Origin: Octopus sinensis
Taxonomy: Eukaryota
Direction of reading: 5' to 3'
Assembly (NCBI RefSeq): GCF_006345805.1
Contig: NC_043006.1
Location: 41,602,001 to 41,666,000, forward strand
Length of the DNA: 64,000 nt
Shown here: in pieces, positions 13,051 to 26,271 of the stretch
Layout: the number at the start of each line of letters is the position of its first letter
Numbering within the stretch: position 1 is the first letter of the stretch
The notes under the pieces: model-generated
Seen by the model: only the letters and a program-made list of their open reading frames with translations
Told to the model about the DNA's origin: nothing
Databases searched by the model: none
Program-made: the position numbers and the translations under genes

Positions 13051-13403
13051 CTCATTTGACCTCAGCCATGCTAGAGCGCCTCCTCTAGTCGAATAAATCG
13101 ACCCCACGACTTATTCTTTAAAAGGCTAGTACTTATTCTATCGATTACTTTTGCCAAACCACAAAGTTACAGGGACCGTAAACACACCGACATCGGTTGT
13201 CAAGCGATGGTGGAGGGACAAACACAGACACAAATGTGTACATATACAACGGGCTTATTTCAGTTTCCCTCACCAAATCCACTCACAAGGCTTCGGTCAG
13301 CCCGCAAGTATTGTAGAAGACACTTGCCCAAGGTGCCATGCAGTGGGACTGAACCCGTAACCATGTGGTTGTGAAACAAGATTCTTGAACACGGCCACTC
13401 CTG
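13051..13403 (-). mobile_element. tRNA-derived SINE (major family)
   Basis: Contains the family hallmarks gtcgaataaatcgacccc, gccaaaccacaaagttacaggg and ccaaatccactcacaagg, with head gtgggactgaacccgtaaccatgtggtt. Confidence 0.85.
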
Positions 13404-13460
13404 TTATATATATATATGTGTCTGTGTGTATGTGTGTGTGTGTGTGTGTGTGTGCGTGTA

Positions 13461-13521
<61 letters not shown>

Positions 13522-15437
13522 CGTATACTTAATAATGCAGTACCCGGCGTTCTGACAAGGCATACATGTTCAGTGGGAGATGAGATTAACTTTAGGTGTT
13601 AATACTGTTACCGTCACTAAGAGAGTCGCTTAGTGCGAATGTTTTCTATTGATAATATTATCAGGAATATTGATATTGTTACCTATTTATAAGGTGTTTC
13701 TTATACTGTAATGACACACGTGAAATACAGAATTAAAGATATACAAAATATTCTACTACACACAGACAGAAATACATACAAAGGGATACACCGATAGGCA
13801 GAGAGCGAGAGAGAAAGAGAGAGAGCGGGGTAGATAAATAGATTGAAAACTAACAAATTTGCAAAGTTATAATATGTACACACACACACACACACACACA
13901 CATTTCCGATTGCGCTCGAAGTTTTACTATGATGCGTAAAATACTTGTCACTATCTAACAGAATTATGATTAGAAGTTTATAGTACAATACCCGTGATAT
14001 TGTTTATTTTTAACCCAGGGTTACCTAGATCTATAACCAGAGGCATTCCAGTGTTTTTATATATCTGGAATCATATTTACTCTTTTATAATGAGATAATT
14101 ATTTATTGAAACAGATAATTTCGTCCGGGGGAGCAGAATATTAGAAAAACTAGATATTAAGCGACGTAATGCAAAAAAGGTTGGTGTGCTAAATTCAACT
14201 GTTCAACTATGGCTTCCTCAGTTTATATATTTCCTAAGCTGTTTTATTTTACGGACGGTCATCACAATCTATTTCGAAAGTTTTCGTTTGCCCTCGTTAG
14301 CAACATTATCTCCCGATGTTCTGGGGACATTAACTAGGATAACCGGGATATTGTTGTATAATTTGTTGCTGGTTAACCTTAGGTCAACACTACTCACGTA
14401 CTCACAGATCAAGACGTTTTACGGCGCTATTTCTATGTTTCATCTTCAGAGACATTTAAGACTATATTATACAAAATGTTGCCCTGTTCTCAAGTCAATG
14501 GGTACAATTAAAGAAATTGGAGTCACTTGCTAATTAAGATTTAAAATACCGTACTAACTGAGCTTACAGTGTATTTATTCAATCACTCTGGTCAGATCTT
14601 CTGACGTTATATTGTACAAACTTCCTTACCACCCACTCACACACGACAGTACTTATATCTATCTATTTACAAGAGATAGTGCTATATATGATAGCTGTTG
14701 TATTATTTGGCTATAAACTATTGCATTCTGACTTCAAATCATGCTAATGGGTTCTTGATTCTCACACTGTTTCATTGTTACAATAATATCTATAAAATAA
14801 ATACCATTTAACTACATTGATGGAGTTCTCTATCCAAATCCTCCCTTGTGCTGCATGACTTTGAGCCACAGTTAATTCTTACGATTATAAATAATCCCTC
14901 ATATAATAGTAAATATTGCCGGGATATGCAAAGTGAGTGATATACTAACACACATTGCAGAACATCGAACTTATATGACCTAAATTGTTTAGTTACGTCC
15001 CTTTACCATCGGATATTAAATTTAAACTAGAGTCTACAATGTCTTTCATCCTTTTAGGATCAATAATAGAGTAATAAAGAACAGATACATTGCTCAAATA
15101 TCGGTTTGGAGTCCAAATCCACTGGAGGCGTTTTTGTTGGATGGCTTCAATCGATTTTGCACTTCATGTAAACAGTGGTGGCCCTCTGCCAACTTATGGC
15201 TATTGTTGATATTGTTGTTTAGTATTTGAGAAACTTGTGTCCATATAGTGTGAGATTTCATTGCAATGGTTTTTCTTTGTTGTGTTTATTATTATCATTA
15301 TTACTATCTATTTTCGTTTAAAGGTCTGCAAGTAGTTGCTGTTTTTGTTGCCTGTGTTATTGCTGTTTAGTTTTATTACTAAAATCACAATCATCATCTC
15401 ACTAGTGCTTTATTATTATTATTATTATTATTATTAA

Positions 15438-15486
<49 letters not shown>

Positions 15487-15488
<2 letters not shown>

Positions 15489-15698
15489 GGCAGCGAGCTG
15501 GCAGAATCGTTGGCACGACGGCCAAAAATGCTTAGCAGTATTTCGTCCACCTTTCTCTTCTGATTTCAAATTCCGACCAGATGGACTGTGCCTTTCTTCA
15601 ATTTGGGGTCGATAAATTGAGAACCAGTGAAAGACTGGGGTCGATGTAACTGACTGGCCTCCTCCCCACAAATTTCAGAGCTCGTGTCTTTAGAAGAA

Positions 15699-15700
<2 letters not shown>
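15487..15700 (+). mobile_element. tRNA-derived SINE with Deu/Nin-like central domain, between (TTA)n tracts
   Basis: aaggcagcgagctggcagaatcgtt head; gcctttcttcaatttggggtcgataaattgagaaccag core. The domain name is from recall. Confidence 0.7.
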
Positions 15701-15753
<53 letters not shown>

Positions 15754-15773
15754 TATTATTATTATTATTATTA

Positions 15774-16028
15774 TTCAGTAGTTTTATTTTTATTGCGTGC
15801 TTTCACTTCACTACCGAGCGCAGCTCTGTGTGCCTTGGGTATGTGCTGTGATTTGTTGTGATGCTCTGATGGTTATTGTATGGAAGGTGTTCTGCGTAGG
15901 ATGTGCGCAGTGCCTAGTAGTGCAATTTTCTGTATGTTATATGTGTTTGTAAGTCCTGGTGTTTTTGTTATGTATTTGTCTGAATATTTTTTTATCATGC
16001 CTAATGCACCTACTATGATAGGAATTAT
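15774..16028 (-). mobile_element. R4/Dong-like non-LTR retrotransposon 3' end embedded in (TAA)n
   Basis: Minus strand IPIIVGALGMIKKYSDKYITKTPGLTNTYNIQKIALLGTAHILRRTPSIQ*, typical of the C-terminus after a restriction-like endonuclease. The 3' UTR ends AATAAAAATAAAACTACTG(AAT)n, with (TAA)n on both sides. Confidence 0.75.
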
Positions 16029-16850
16029 TATTATTATTATCATTATTATTATTATTATTATTGTTATTATTATTATCATTATCGCTGAGAGCAGGCAGAA
16101 TAGTTTCGTCCCCCTTTGCATTCTGAGTTAAAACTCTGCCAAGGTTAACTTTGCCTTTCATCCTTTCCGGGTCGATAAATTAAGTACCAGTGTAACACTA
16201 AGAGTGGTTGTAATCGACTTATCCCATTCCCCAAAATGGCTGCCCTTGTGGTAAAATTTGAAACCGTTATTATTATTGGTGGTGGTGGTGGTGGTGGTGA
16301 AATTAATTCTGTTGTTCCCGCTATTGATTTTATTTTTCTCCTAATATTGGTTCTGTTAATATTATTTGTGCTTTAAGTTCAATCCGTTTTCTTCTCCCCA
16401 TTCTAGTTCTTACTCTTCATCTAATTGTATTTGTTGTTATTTCTCTTTTGTAGTTTAGTTTAAATACTTGCTGTTATTGATGTTAGTCTTCTGTTATTGT
16501 TACTTTTGATGTTAATACAGAAATTTACACTCAGTTACACTCTTTTACTCTTTTCGTCTTGTAACAGTTGTAAGCGTTGCTCTGAGCATTTAAAAAAAGT
16601 TGGATTGGTCTGTATATTAGCTAGTTTTGTTATTGCAATTATGGTAACTGTTACTACAGCAGCTTTTCCTCATTGTTGTTTTATTAAAAGAACAGTGAAG
16701 TATGATTGCATGATTAAGAATATCAGTTTGCGTTCAATCTTTGTCTTCAAACAAATATATAAAACGCATGAAGGAAATTTAAAATGAGATGAAACGCTTA
16801 GTGTGAAAAAATATATACAAATAAAAACATAAACTTCAAGGTATTATGGA

Positions 16851-16851
16851 C

Positions 16852-16944
<93 letters not shown>

Positions 16945-17004
16945 AGTAGCTCTTGCTCTCCTTTTCGCGCTCTCTCAATATATAATATGTATACGTTTAT
17001 ATAC

Positions 17005-17068
<64 letters not shown>

Positions 17069-17345
17069 TATATATACATGCATATATAATACATACATAT
17101 CTCACTATATATATATCTATATATACATATATGTATGTATATATATGTGTATATATATAAGTATATATGTAGATATATATACATAAGTATATAACAGTAT
17201 GTATGTATATATATGAAAGTATATATGTGTATATATACATAAGTATATATGTGTATATATATACATAAGTATATATGTGTATATATATATATAAGTATAT
17301 ATGTGTATATATATACATAAGTATATATGTGTGTACATATACATA
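16851..17345. repeat. (TATC)n microsatellite, (TA)n, and an AT-derived ~24-30-bp minisatellite
   Basis: (tatc)n 16851-16944; repeated ataagtatatatgtgtatatatacat units at ~17155-17340. Confidence 0.85.
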
Positions 17346-17899
17346 TATATATAGTTATATACGAACACGGATGTCTATGTACATGCATACATATACACAC
17401 ACACATACATACACACATATATTCATAAAGGGCAAAGAAAGTAACATGGAAGAAACAGAGGAAATGAACAGGGTGATGTAAGAGAATAACACAATGGCAT
17501 GAAGTATAGGAGAGACACAAGTCAGAAATATAAATCAGAAATGGAATGAAATCAGAAAGGAGAATAAGAAATAGCGGAAAGAGAGTGACGTACTAAAAGG
17601 AAAACGAAGTAAAAGGGAGATAACACCGGAATGACAAAAAGTCAGAGATGTGAAAGAAAATGTCGTGAAAGATAGAGAGGAAAAAAAGCGAGAGTGAAGT
17701 TAGTGTGTTTAGGTGATAAAACCCAAGAATAAAACATGTGGCAGTTACTATTAGCAATCCAAATATTTCTAAGATCAATATATTTAGGAAAACTAAACAA
17801 TTCATTGTAAACAAATCAATGTGTTAATGTAAATAACAATAAGGTCAGCGGTAAAAGGAATAAAATCTAAATACCAACAACAAACAAAGCGATATCGAT

Positions 17900-19440
17900 G
17901 ACGAAGACGGTGATGATGATGGTGATGATGATGGTGATGGTGAAGATTTTTTGTTATTTTCACTTTGCCATCAGGTCAAATATAACGGTAACAAAACTTG
18001 TGATAATGGCGATAAAAACAATAAAAATTATATTTATGGACGTGCTCGTAGTATTAGCATTGGTATTGATGTTAGTATTAGAAGTTGGGGGTAGCTAGCT
18101 GCTACGAATACTACTACTACTACTAATACGAATAATAATAAGGAGTAGGAGAAGAAGAGTAAGAAAAAGGTGATGATGATGATGATGATGACGACGATGA
18201 TGATGATGACGACGATGATGATTATGATTATTATAGTAATGACGGTGTTGGTAATCTTGGTGGAGATGACGATGGTGGTAGCGGTGGTGGTGTTTGTGCT
18301 TGTCACAGCAGTGGTGGTGGGGACGGTGCTGGTGAAGTTGATTGCTGATGAAACTTGTGATGATGCCGATGATGATGATGATGATGATGATTGCCGATGA
18401 TGATGATGAGGAAAAAGCGATGTTGAAGTTGGTAACGGTGGTGATTCGTTATTTCCGCTATTTGCTTACCGGATAAAGATGAACATGTAAATAAAATTTA
18501 AAAAAAAACGCTTAAAAGAAACAGCACGAAAAATGAATATGCAAATGATATAAAAGCAGAGTTTTAAATTGCTAACTTTAGCTTTTAAACCTTTGGTGTG
18601 CATGTTTGTCTGGATGGTGGGGTGCGGTGAGAGGTAATGGAAATATTCATCATCATCGCCCTCGCCATCATAACACAACCATCGCCACTATCATCATTAT
18701 CGTCGCTGTCATCATCAGCATCGCCGTCGTCATCATCATTACCATAACATAACCCCAGCTACTATCATCATTACCATCACCATCATCGTCGTCATTGTCA
18801 TCATCATCAGATTCATCATCGGACCACAACCACCGCCATTATCATCATCATCATTACCATCATCATCATCGTCGTCTTATTCATCATCATCATCATCGTC
18901 ATCATCAAGATTGCCATCATCATTACCGTTCGTTGTTGTCGTCATTATCATATCCTAATGCTCATAACACAACCACCGCCACTATCATCATCATCATTTT
19001 TACCATCATCATCGTCGTCGTAACACAACCAGCGCCATTATCATCATCATCATCATCATCATTACCATCATCATCATTACCATCATCATCATCGTCATCA
19101 TCATTACCATCATCATCATCATCATCATCATCATCATTACCATCATCATCATCATCATCATCATCATTACCATCATCATCATCGTCATCATCATTACCGT
19201 GCACATATCAATATAAAGAAAGAACTACTTCGAACAAACTATGAAACATGTTAGGCAATGCATTAAACAAGCAATAAACAAACATCTGAACCTCCGAGAA
19301 AAAATGGAAGAAATCAGAAACAACAACAACAACGAAATTGTTATGTTATGAAACCGGGTGCCATGTTTGTTTGCAAGTAAAATATTTTTGAAACTACTCA
19401 CAACAAATGTATTGTGTAACCAATACTACTACTACTGTTG

Positions 19441-19474
<34 letters not shown>

Positions 19475-19600
19475 AACTACTACTACTGCTGCTGCTGCTG
19501 CTGCTACTACTACCAACACTACCACCACCACCACCACTACTATTGGTGATGTTGATGATGCTACTACTACTATTATTACCACTACTGTCGCTGATGCTAT
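17900..19600. repeat. Compound (GAT)n/(CAT)n/(CTA)n microsatellite field
   Basis: Poly-M/D/H/S/T ORFs; higher-order (cat)n-tac units at 19035-19200. Confidence 0.9.
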
Positions 19601-20256
19601 TACTCTTTTCTTTTGTTCCTTTTCCTTTTCTTCTTTTTTTATTTTATTTTTATTTTTTATTTTATTTTATTTTATTTTTTTTTGTTCTTTTCTTCCCTTT
19701 TACGATCCCTCTTGATCGAAAACCTACGCCAGCCCTTTCTTTTTTTTTTTGTTTCTTTTGTTTTTTGTTTTTTTCATCCCCCAAAAGAATGGCTCTACCT
19801 TGTAACTTGTCCCATCTGTGTGCAGCCCTGTGTGGCCAATAAAGAAACTTATTATTACTACTACTACTATTACTACAAAGAAAAAGAACAGAAGACGGAA
19901 AATGTATGTGTGTGTGGGGGGGGCGAAAATGCTACAAACAGCTCATGAGGGTGTAGGGATCAAATACTTTCAAAAAGAGCCGTAATCTAAGACTAGGGGT
20001 TTGTAAAAAATACTCTCCGTGTATGGTATGGATTGACTTCCAGAAAACACTTGGAAGTGTTCGCTACACGTACATCCTGGATACTGCAGCCATAATATGC
20101 AGATCCATTAATTATGATACAAGTAAAAGGAAGAGTAATGCAACTGCATGCACATGGAGGAATCATATTTAATTCATCTCCTTTAGAGGAAGAATATTCC
20201 AAAGGGATGCTATCTTTTTCTTTCCACTCCCCCCTATCTCTCTCTTTAATTCTTTT

Positions 20257-20847
20257 CTTATTTCCTTATAGCCCACAAGGGGCTAAGCATAGAGGGGACA
20301 AACAAAGATAGACAAAGGGGTTTAAATCGATTACATTGACATCAGTGCGTAACTGGTACTTAATTTATCGATCCCGAAGGGATGAAAGGCAGAGTCGACC
20401 ACTCGGAATTTGAAATCAGAACGTAATGGCAGACGAAATACCTATTTCTTTACTACCCACAAGGGGCTACACACAGAGGACAAACAAAGACAGACAAACG
20501 GACTAAGTCGATTATATCGACCCCAGTGCGTAACTGGTACTTATTTAATCGACCCCGAAAGGATGAAAGGCAAACTCGATCTTGGCGGAATTTGAACTCA
20601 GAACGTAGCGGCAGACGAAATACCTATTTCTTTACTTCCCACAATGGGCTAAACACAGAGAGGACAAACAAGGACAGAGAAACGGCTTAAGTCAATTATA
20701 TCGACCCAGTGCGTAACTGGTACTTAATTTATCGTCCCGGAAAGGATGAAAGGTAAAGTCAACCTCGGCGAAATTTGAACCCAGAACGTAACGGCAGACG
20801 AAATACGACTAAGCATTTCGCCCGACGTGCTAACGTTTCTGCCATGT
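20257..20847 (-). mobile_element. SINE with one head and a tandem triplication of its ~183-bp body
   Basis: Units start at 20257, 20441 and 20623 (c(c/t)tatttc...cccacaa...gtgcgtaactggtactta...ggatgaaagg...gcagacgaaata). A single head at 20807-20847. Confidence 0.9.
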
Positions 20848-23462
20848 CGCCGCCTTCTTTACTTCTTTTCTGCCTAACGCTAACACCTAACCAACTGACT
20901 CTACTAGATTCAAAATAGAACGAATACCAAAGCTAGAAGACCTGCCAGAAATGTTTCCGCATTTGCGCAAACTCACATTGTAAGCCGTATAAGATAAGCG
21001 AGTAGAAACACTACGAGAGAATGTACACGGATTTATTAATGAAATTATATGAGGATGAAGCTTCAGAAAATACACCATGGCATACACGAAGAGAGAGATA
21101 TTATTAAAAATACTGATATCATAGTAAAGAGAAATATAAGAATTCAAACAAAGACAGACATAACTGAGAGTCAAGAAATTTGACAGCGTAGAATATACAA
21201 ATGAAGGTAAAAATTGATAAGAATACAATAGATGCATTAGATATGTACTTATAACAAAGGTAAATGCAAAATGAAGTTAATACTCTATCAAACTATTCTA
21301 ACTGGACTTTAAATGAGTAAGCAGGACTCTACAGGAAAACAACTGAGATAATGGATGCAATTGGAATACACCACTAAATCACACAGGGTGATCATATTTA
21401 TCACGAATATAGATAAATGCAATATGCAACAAAAATGCTATTTTAGAATATCTACCGAAGGACTACAAAAAGATGATGGAAAATTCTCTTCAAGGAAACC
21501 AGCAAATATAAGACAGAGTTTGAAATGACAGATAATTGTGTGGAGAAAGAGGAAACAGATGAAATGAAAAACAAAAGGTATCGGAGGGGCGATGCATACC
21601 CTGCGTACAGACAATTTTTTTCGAAAATTATAGTATGGCTTACAATGCGTTGTTTACCCATGCTTTTTAATTGAACTGAATTAAGCTTTGTTAGTGTTTG
21701 ACTAAAAGAGGATTAGAAGCCTAAGAACGGTGAAGTTAAGAAATCAAGTCGTAAATAAACGAAACTCTCGAATCCATCACTGTACACACACACACACACA
21801 AAAAACATACAGAGTCATTATGTATGTATGTACCCACACGTATCTAGGCGCATAGGTACACCATGATCTATACACACTCGGACGAAGGTCGATTTATATG
21901 AAAAAGAAAGTGAACTAAATAATATTACCCTTTGCTCATCGGGAATTCAAAAACAATTTCTTAAAGATAATCAAACCAAATATTCATCATCTCGAGCCAC
22001 TCACCTAATTAGTATTTCTGCCGAATTTGAAAATCTGTTTTCCATTAATTTTGCAAACAAACAGACAAAGACGAGTGATTACAATGCACTGCTTTCGCTT
22101 ACGCGTGTAGAGTAACTGTAGAAAATTTAAACACAAAACTCAAAACGAGGCGACAAAATGACATATTAAATTGATAGCAAGAAAAGCCCACCCCTTGTTA
22201 ATAAGCGAAAAAAAGCTGAACAGGGTGAGAATAGGCAAAGCAGATCTAGTACTGGTTCATAAGCATATGGCAAAGCTTAAATTGATCGATCTTTAGTACT
22301 AAAACCGCTAAACAGCTGTGGAAGCAGAGTGTAGTAAGTCACTGCAAAAAAAAAAGGAAAATTTGAGAAGAAACAATTTAATCACAATATGTCTGGCTTC
22401 CAAATTTAACAAAGAAATTATGTATCACTGGCATCACAGCGTTCGATCTTCCATACAATGGAAAGTATGCCAGTATTATTAGATGGTATAAACATAAATC
22501 GGAAAAGGCCTGTTTCATTATTTGCATAATACTCTGTGTGCATTTAAGAATACACACATATATGTGTGTATTATGTTTGTGTGTATGTACGTATGCATAT
22601 ATTTATGTATACAAATCTATTGACAATCTGTCTTCCTCACTGCGTCAAATGGTATTGTTGATTTGAATCTTTGTATTTCTGTTTTGCAATGATAGTCTAT
22701 TTCTTCATAATATATGTTCTTGTGCTGACTTTATATACTTGACTGTATTATTTATACAAGGAAGGCACAAATGTTATGAAATCATCTAAATCATTTATGG
22801 AATAAGTTTTCTAGAGTGGCTTTCATATTTATAATAGTATTCGCCTCGTGTGACTCCATTATGAGTGAAAGCAAACTTTCTTTGCAAATATGTAGCTAAT
22901 CTCGTATGAATATTCACCCTGGATATACGTGTAGAATTTATATCAAATAACATTATCATGGTTTCCTTGGATATACAAATACACACACAGATATATACAC
23001 TGATGTGTATATCCATAAATACGTCCATATATATATCTATATATGTATATATACATGTGTGTGTTTAGGTATAAATAAAGATATGCATATACATGAAACA
23101 TTTCATAGATATGTATAGATGCACATGTCAGAACAGAAATACATATGCACGTATATACAAACATATATGGATTTCTACACGGATTTTTGTCTACCGAATA
23201 TCAATCATAATTCATAATTTACGTGAAGTTTCTCGCATACCTAGCGACCTTCTAAAATACGCAACAATGAAAGACAAGCTGGAAACAACAAGTATGTAAT
23301 GAATGTGAGAAAGGATGAGTTCATTTTCATATAATTTACTGATATATGACCTAACTGTTCGTCATAAATGTGCATATATGTAAATCTATATAGATGCAAA
23401 AACACTCATACACGTACATACACCCCAACGCGCACGCACATACACAAATACATATAGTTCTG

Positions 23463-23971
23463 TGTTGATAGACCGGATATTTTCGCTCAAACTGTGAATA
23501 CCATTATAACATCCACCATGAGGATGCCTTAATAAACAATTCTCATCTGTGAGTCTAAAATGAACTGAAAATTATTGACGATTATCATTGACTAACTCCA
23601 ACTTCATGACACGTTTGAATATGATAAAATCTTTCATTCACCCACACAAATATATCGGTTTTCTATCCTGGTGCTGGATAAATAGTTTAACGAAGCACGG
23701 GTACACAAATATATCGGTTTTGTATTTTGGTGTTGGATAAATAATATAACGAAGTGCGGGAAAAGAAAGTATTCAAACGACGCACTACAATTACTGTTAC
23801 ACAAGGTTAAACGCTCTCTGAAAATGGCTACCATTGAACTGCTTACAATGAACTGTTGACAGTCCTTTATTTTGTATCAATGTGCCAGTCCAGTTTTAGT
23901 CCTTTATTTTGTATCAATGTGCCAGTCGAGTTTTAGTCACTTGGGTGGGGGTTCGGGATCCTTCCACAACA
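23463..23971 (-). repeat. Putative 3' LTR with two internal tandem duplications (37 bp and 59 bp)
   Basis: Begins TGTTG right after the PPT; candidate end CAACA at 23467-23463 (end uncertain). 37-bp x2 at 23861-23938 and 59-bp x2 at 23644-23760. Confidence 0.5.
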
Positions 23972-24649
23972 TCTCTCCTTTTTAGAATTAGTCTCCCCTA
24001 ACTTCTCTACTTTTAAGAATGAAACTCCGATTAGAGTTTTAATATCTCTTACGCCTAGAGTTCAATTCCAATATTTCCATTATTTTCCGTATTCTGACGT
24101 TAGAACGCGTAGTTTCAAAGATGTCGTACATGAGGATTCCATTTCTCGTGAGTGTTTTTTTCCGATTTTTTTAACAGTTGTTTAGTATGTCTTTTATGTT
24201 CGACATTTTTCCTTTTACCTGGAATACCATTCTTCTCAGCTTTCTTTACTATATCCATAAGATTTTATAAAAACTTTGCCACCTAACTTGAAGAATTCTT
24301 AACTATTTTTTTCCATTTTTTCTATTTTTACTCAGTGTTAGCTTATAAAAGACGTATCTGATCTTTCCAGCAAACATCATTTCGGCGGGGAGGGGGTGCA
24401 TTCAACACAGGGTATTTGAATTAGATATTATTCTCTTAGAAATTGTTGCAATGCAAGGTCATTTCATTACTTCATTGTTTACATTTTTTTATGTCGTCTT
24501 GAAAGTGTGAACAAAACTCTCCGCTTCTCTATTTGACAAAAACGCTAAGAGTAAAAGATGCTTTATGTGACACATTCTACCAGTGTCCGAAGTTTCAAAA
24601 GGTTTTGTTACAAAAAAAATATTTTTTAAAATCTGTCGGTCAAAAAATA

Positions 24650-25430
24650 AAGACCCGAAAAGTTTTATGGGGAGGTCCCATAAGTTAGATAAACCCACCC
24701 AGTCTGTTCCTGAATAAATTTTTCCTATTATTCAACACAAAAACTTTGGTTTTTAAGGTTTTGTCACGAAATGATACGTCGGTTAACATTTCGCCCTTGA
24801 AATGTAATTTTCTTCCTGAAACATCACGTGCCAGTTGTGAAGTTTCTTTTAATCTAGTTCTGATTTTTTTCCATGTATCTGTATTAAGTATTGAGATATC
24901 ACTGCCCGTATCCAATTGTAGCTTTACGTTTGTGTTATTAACGTTTACATGCACAAATTTCCTTTCAGACTTATTCGTATTTCTTGTCACCGATAACCCG
25001 TTTACGTGATTTTGTTCTGTTGAACCGTTTTCCGAGTTTTGTTTTACAGTGTGATTTTTTATGACCTATCTTCCCACACTTGAAACATTTTATATTTTCA
25101 AACGTACAGTTATTTTTAAAATGTAAACCACCGCACCCGTTACGCGAACTATTTCTTGATATTTTTCCCTTATTTAAATTATCCGTTACCAGTCAACATG
25201 CTTGAATATAAGAACAATGTTTTTCTTCAATTTTATCTGCGCCATGTCTTAGATTAATAATCCTCTCACATTCTTCTGCTACTGCGTTTTGGTCCTCTTC
25301 TAATTTTTTAAATATCCGGGAACGTATATATGCATATTTGCTTGTTGGTAGCCCTTCAACAAAAATTAGATATTTAGACATGTCCGGGGTTAAATTCATT
25401 TATATTTTATATGTTAATTCTATATGCACA
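24650..25430 (-). pseudogene. Gypsy gag-protease fragment
   Basis: LTPDMSKYLIFVEGL...EECERIINLRH (gag); CFKCGKIGHKKSHC zinc knuckle 25087-25046; aspartic protease LQLDTGSDISI; NLWDLPI. Frameshifted. Confidence 0.88.
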
Positions 25431-25503
25431 TAACGTGATGTATTACCATTATTTTCCAACCCATTCTAAAAGAATGCGCTGAATTACTCAAAGACCTCCT
25501 CAC

Positions 25504-26271
25504 CTATCCCTAATTCGGACAGTGATATAAGGATATTTATATGCATCAAGAGATCCATATTATTCTATGTCAATGGCATATCGATAAACAAACGATCAGA
25601 CATTACACCTGAGTATTGTTGTAAAGTAATTGTTTCTGTCGGATATTCCAATACAACTTTCACTGCTTACATACCAAATTTTCACACATCTTCATAGTAA
25701 CATAATTTAAGAACAGCTTTCTTCCGATAAGAAGCATGCAGAGCTATTCATGATGTTTCTGAATATACTTTATGCTAAATACAGGTTAAAATATCAATCG
25801 ATTGTAAGTTCAAGATAATAAACTATCTTGTTGCAATCGATTCACAAAGTTCAATAATCTCACCGTTAGAAAAATCAGATCAAGCATTGCACTACATAAA
25901 AACTCTTCAATCGCCTAAATTATATTTTACGTATCCTGGTTAAATTGTCGTCTTATAATTATCCGATGAAGCTTCCTTATATAATGATCTGGCACATTAC
26001 AATACGATATCATTGCATAGTGGATTCACCGACTATCAATATTACATACACCAAAATTGATAAAGGTAGAAGTTCATAGCAAACCAAAGCAATAGGGGGA
26101 AATATCACCTAATATAATACATCGTTTAATTTCAACTGGTTCTACATTTCTGACTTAAATATTATTTAAGCTGTTTCAAAATACATCTCGCCACAAGATA
26201 GATTTTATATAAAACTACTACAAAAGTTACCTTTTCAACTACATCCCAATACACATCTCTGATCTTAATGG
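25504..26271 (-). CDS. Candidate cluster of five small coding exons of an unidentified host gene
   Basis: AG/GT-bounded, phase-consistent exons: 26271-26231 (IKIRDVYWDVVEK, AAG|GTAACT), 26108-26052 (VIFPPIALVCYELLPLSIL), 25914-25864 (AIEEFLCSAMLDLIFLT, ACG|GTGAGA), 25758-25675 (KHHE*LCMLLIGRKLFLNYVTMKMCENL, TTG|GTATGT), 25564-25504 (NNMDLLMHINILISLSELGI, TAG|GTGAGG). Introns 105-137 nt. No family recognised. Confidence 0.4.

Larger units (their letters stand above)
23463..25430 (-). mobile_element. Internally deleted Gypsy (Mag/K02A2.6-like) LTR retrotransposon remnant
   Basis: Gag segment, CCHC knuckle and protease at 24650-25430. Integrase-tail-like KRHTKQL at 24195-24175. PPT AAAAAGGAGAGA (23983-23972) directly followed by TGTTG. 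No RT/RNaseH seen. Confidence 0.75.

Noticed and set aside
13540-13935. cagtacccggcgtt resembling a Helitron 3' hairpin
   Set aside because: No CTAG terminus or complete hairpin, and no clear TC start.
14405-14455. Minus-strand CTGAAGATG...GTAAAACGTC resembling a hammerhead
   Set aside because: Helices I and II do not pair and GAAA is disrupted.
20900-21650. Possible decayed RTE RT (KKFDSVE, ITQGD-like fragments)
   Set aside because: Too fragmentary to call without alignment.
22010-22678. Candidate downstream exons 22678-22641 and ~22040-22010 with good donors
   Set aside because: Weak acceptors, and the second ends in a stop; cannot be linked with confidence.
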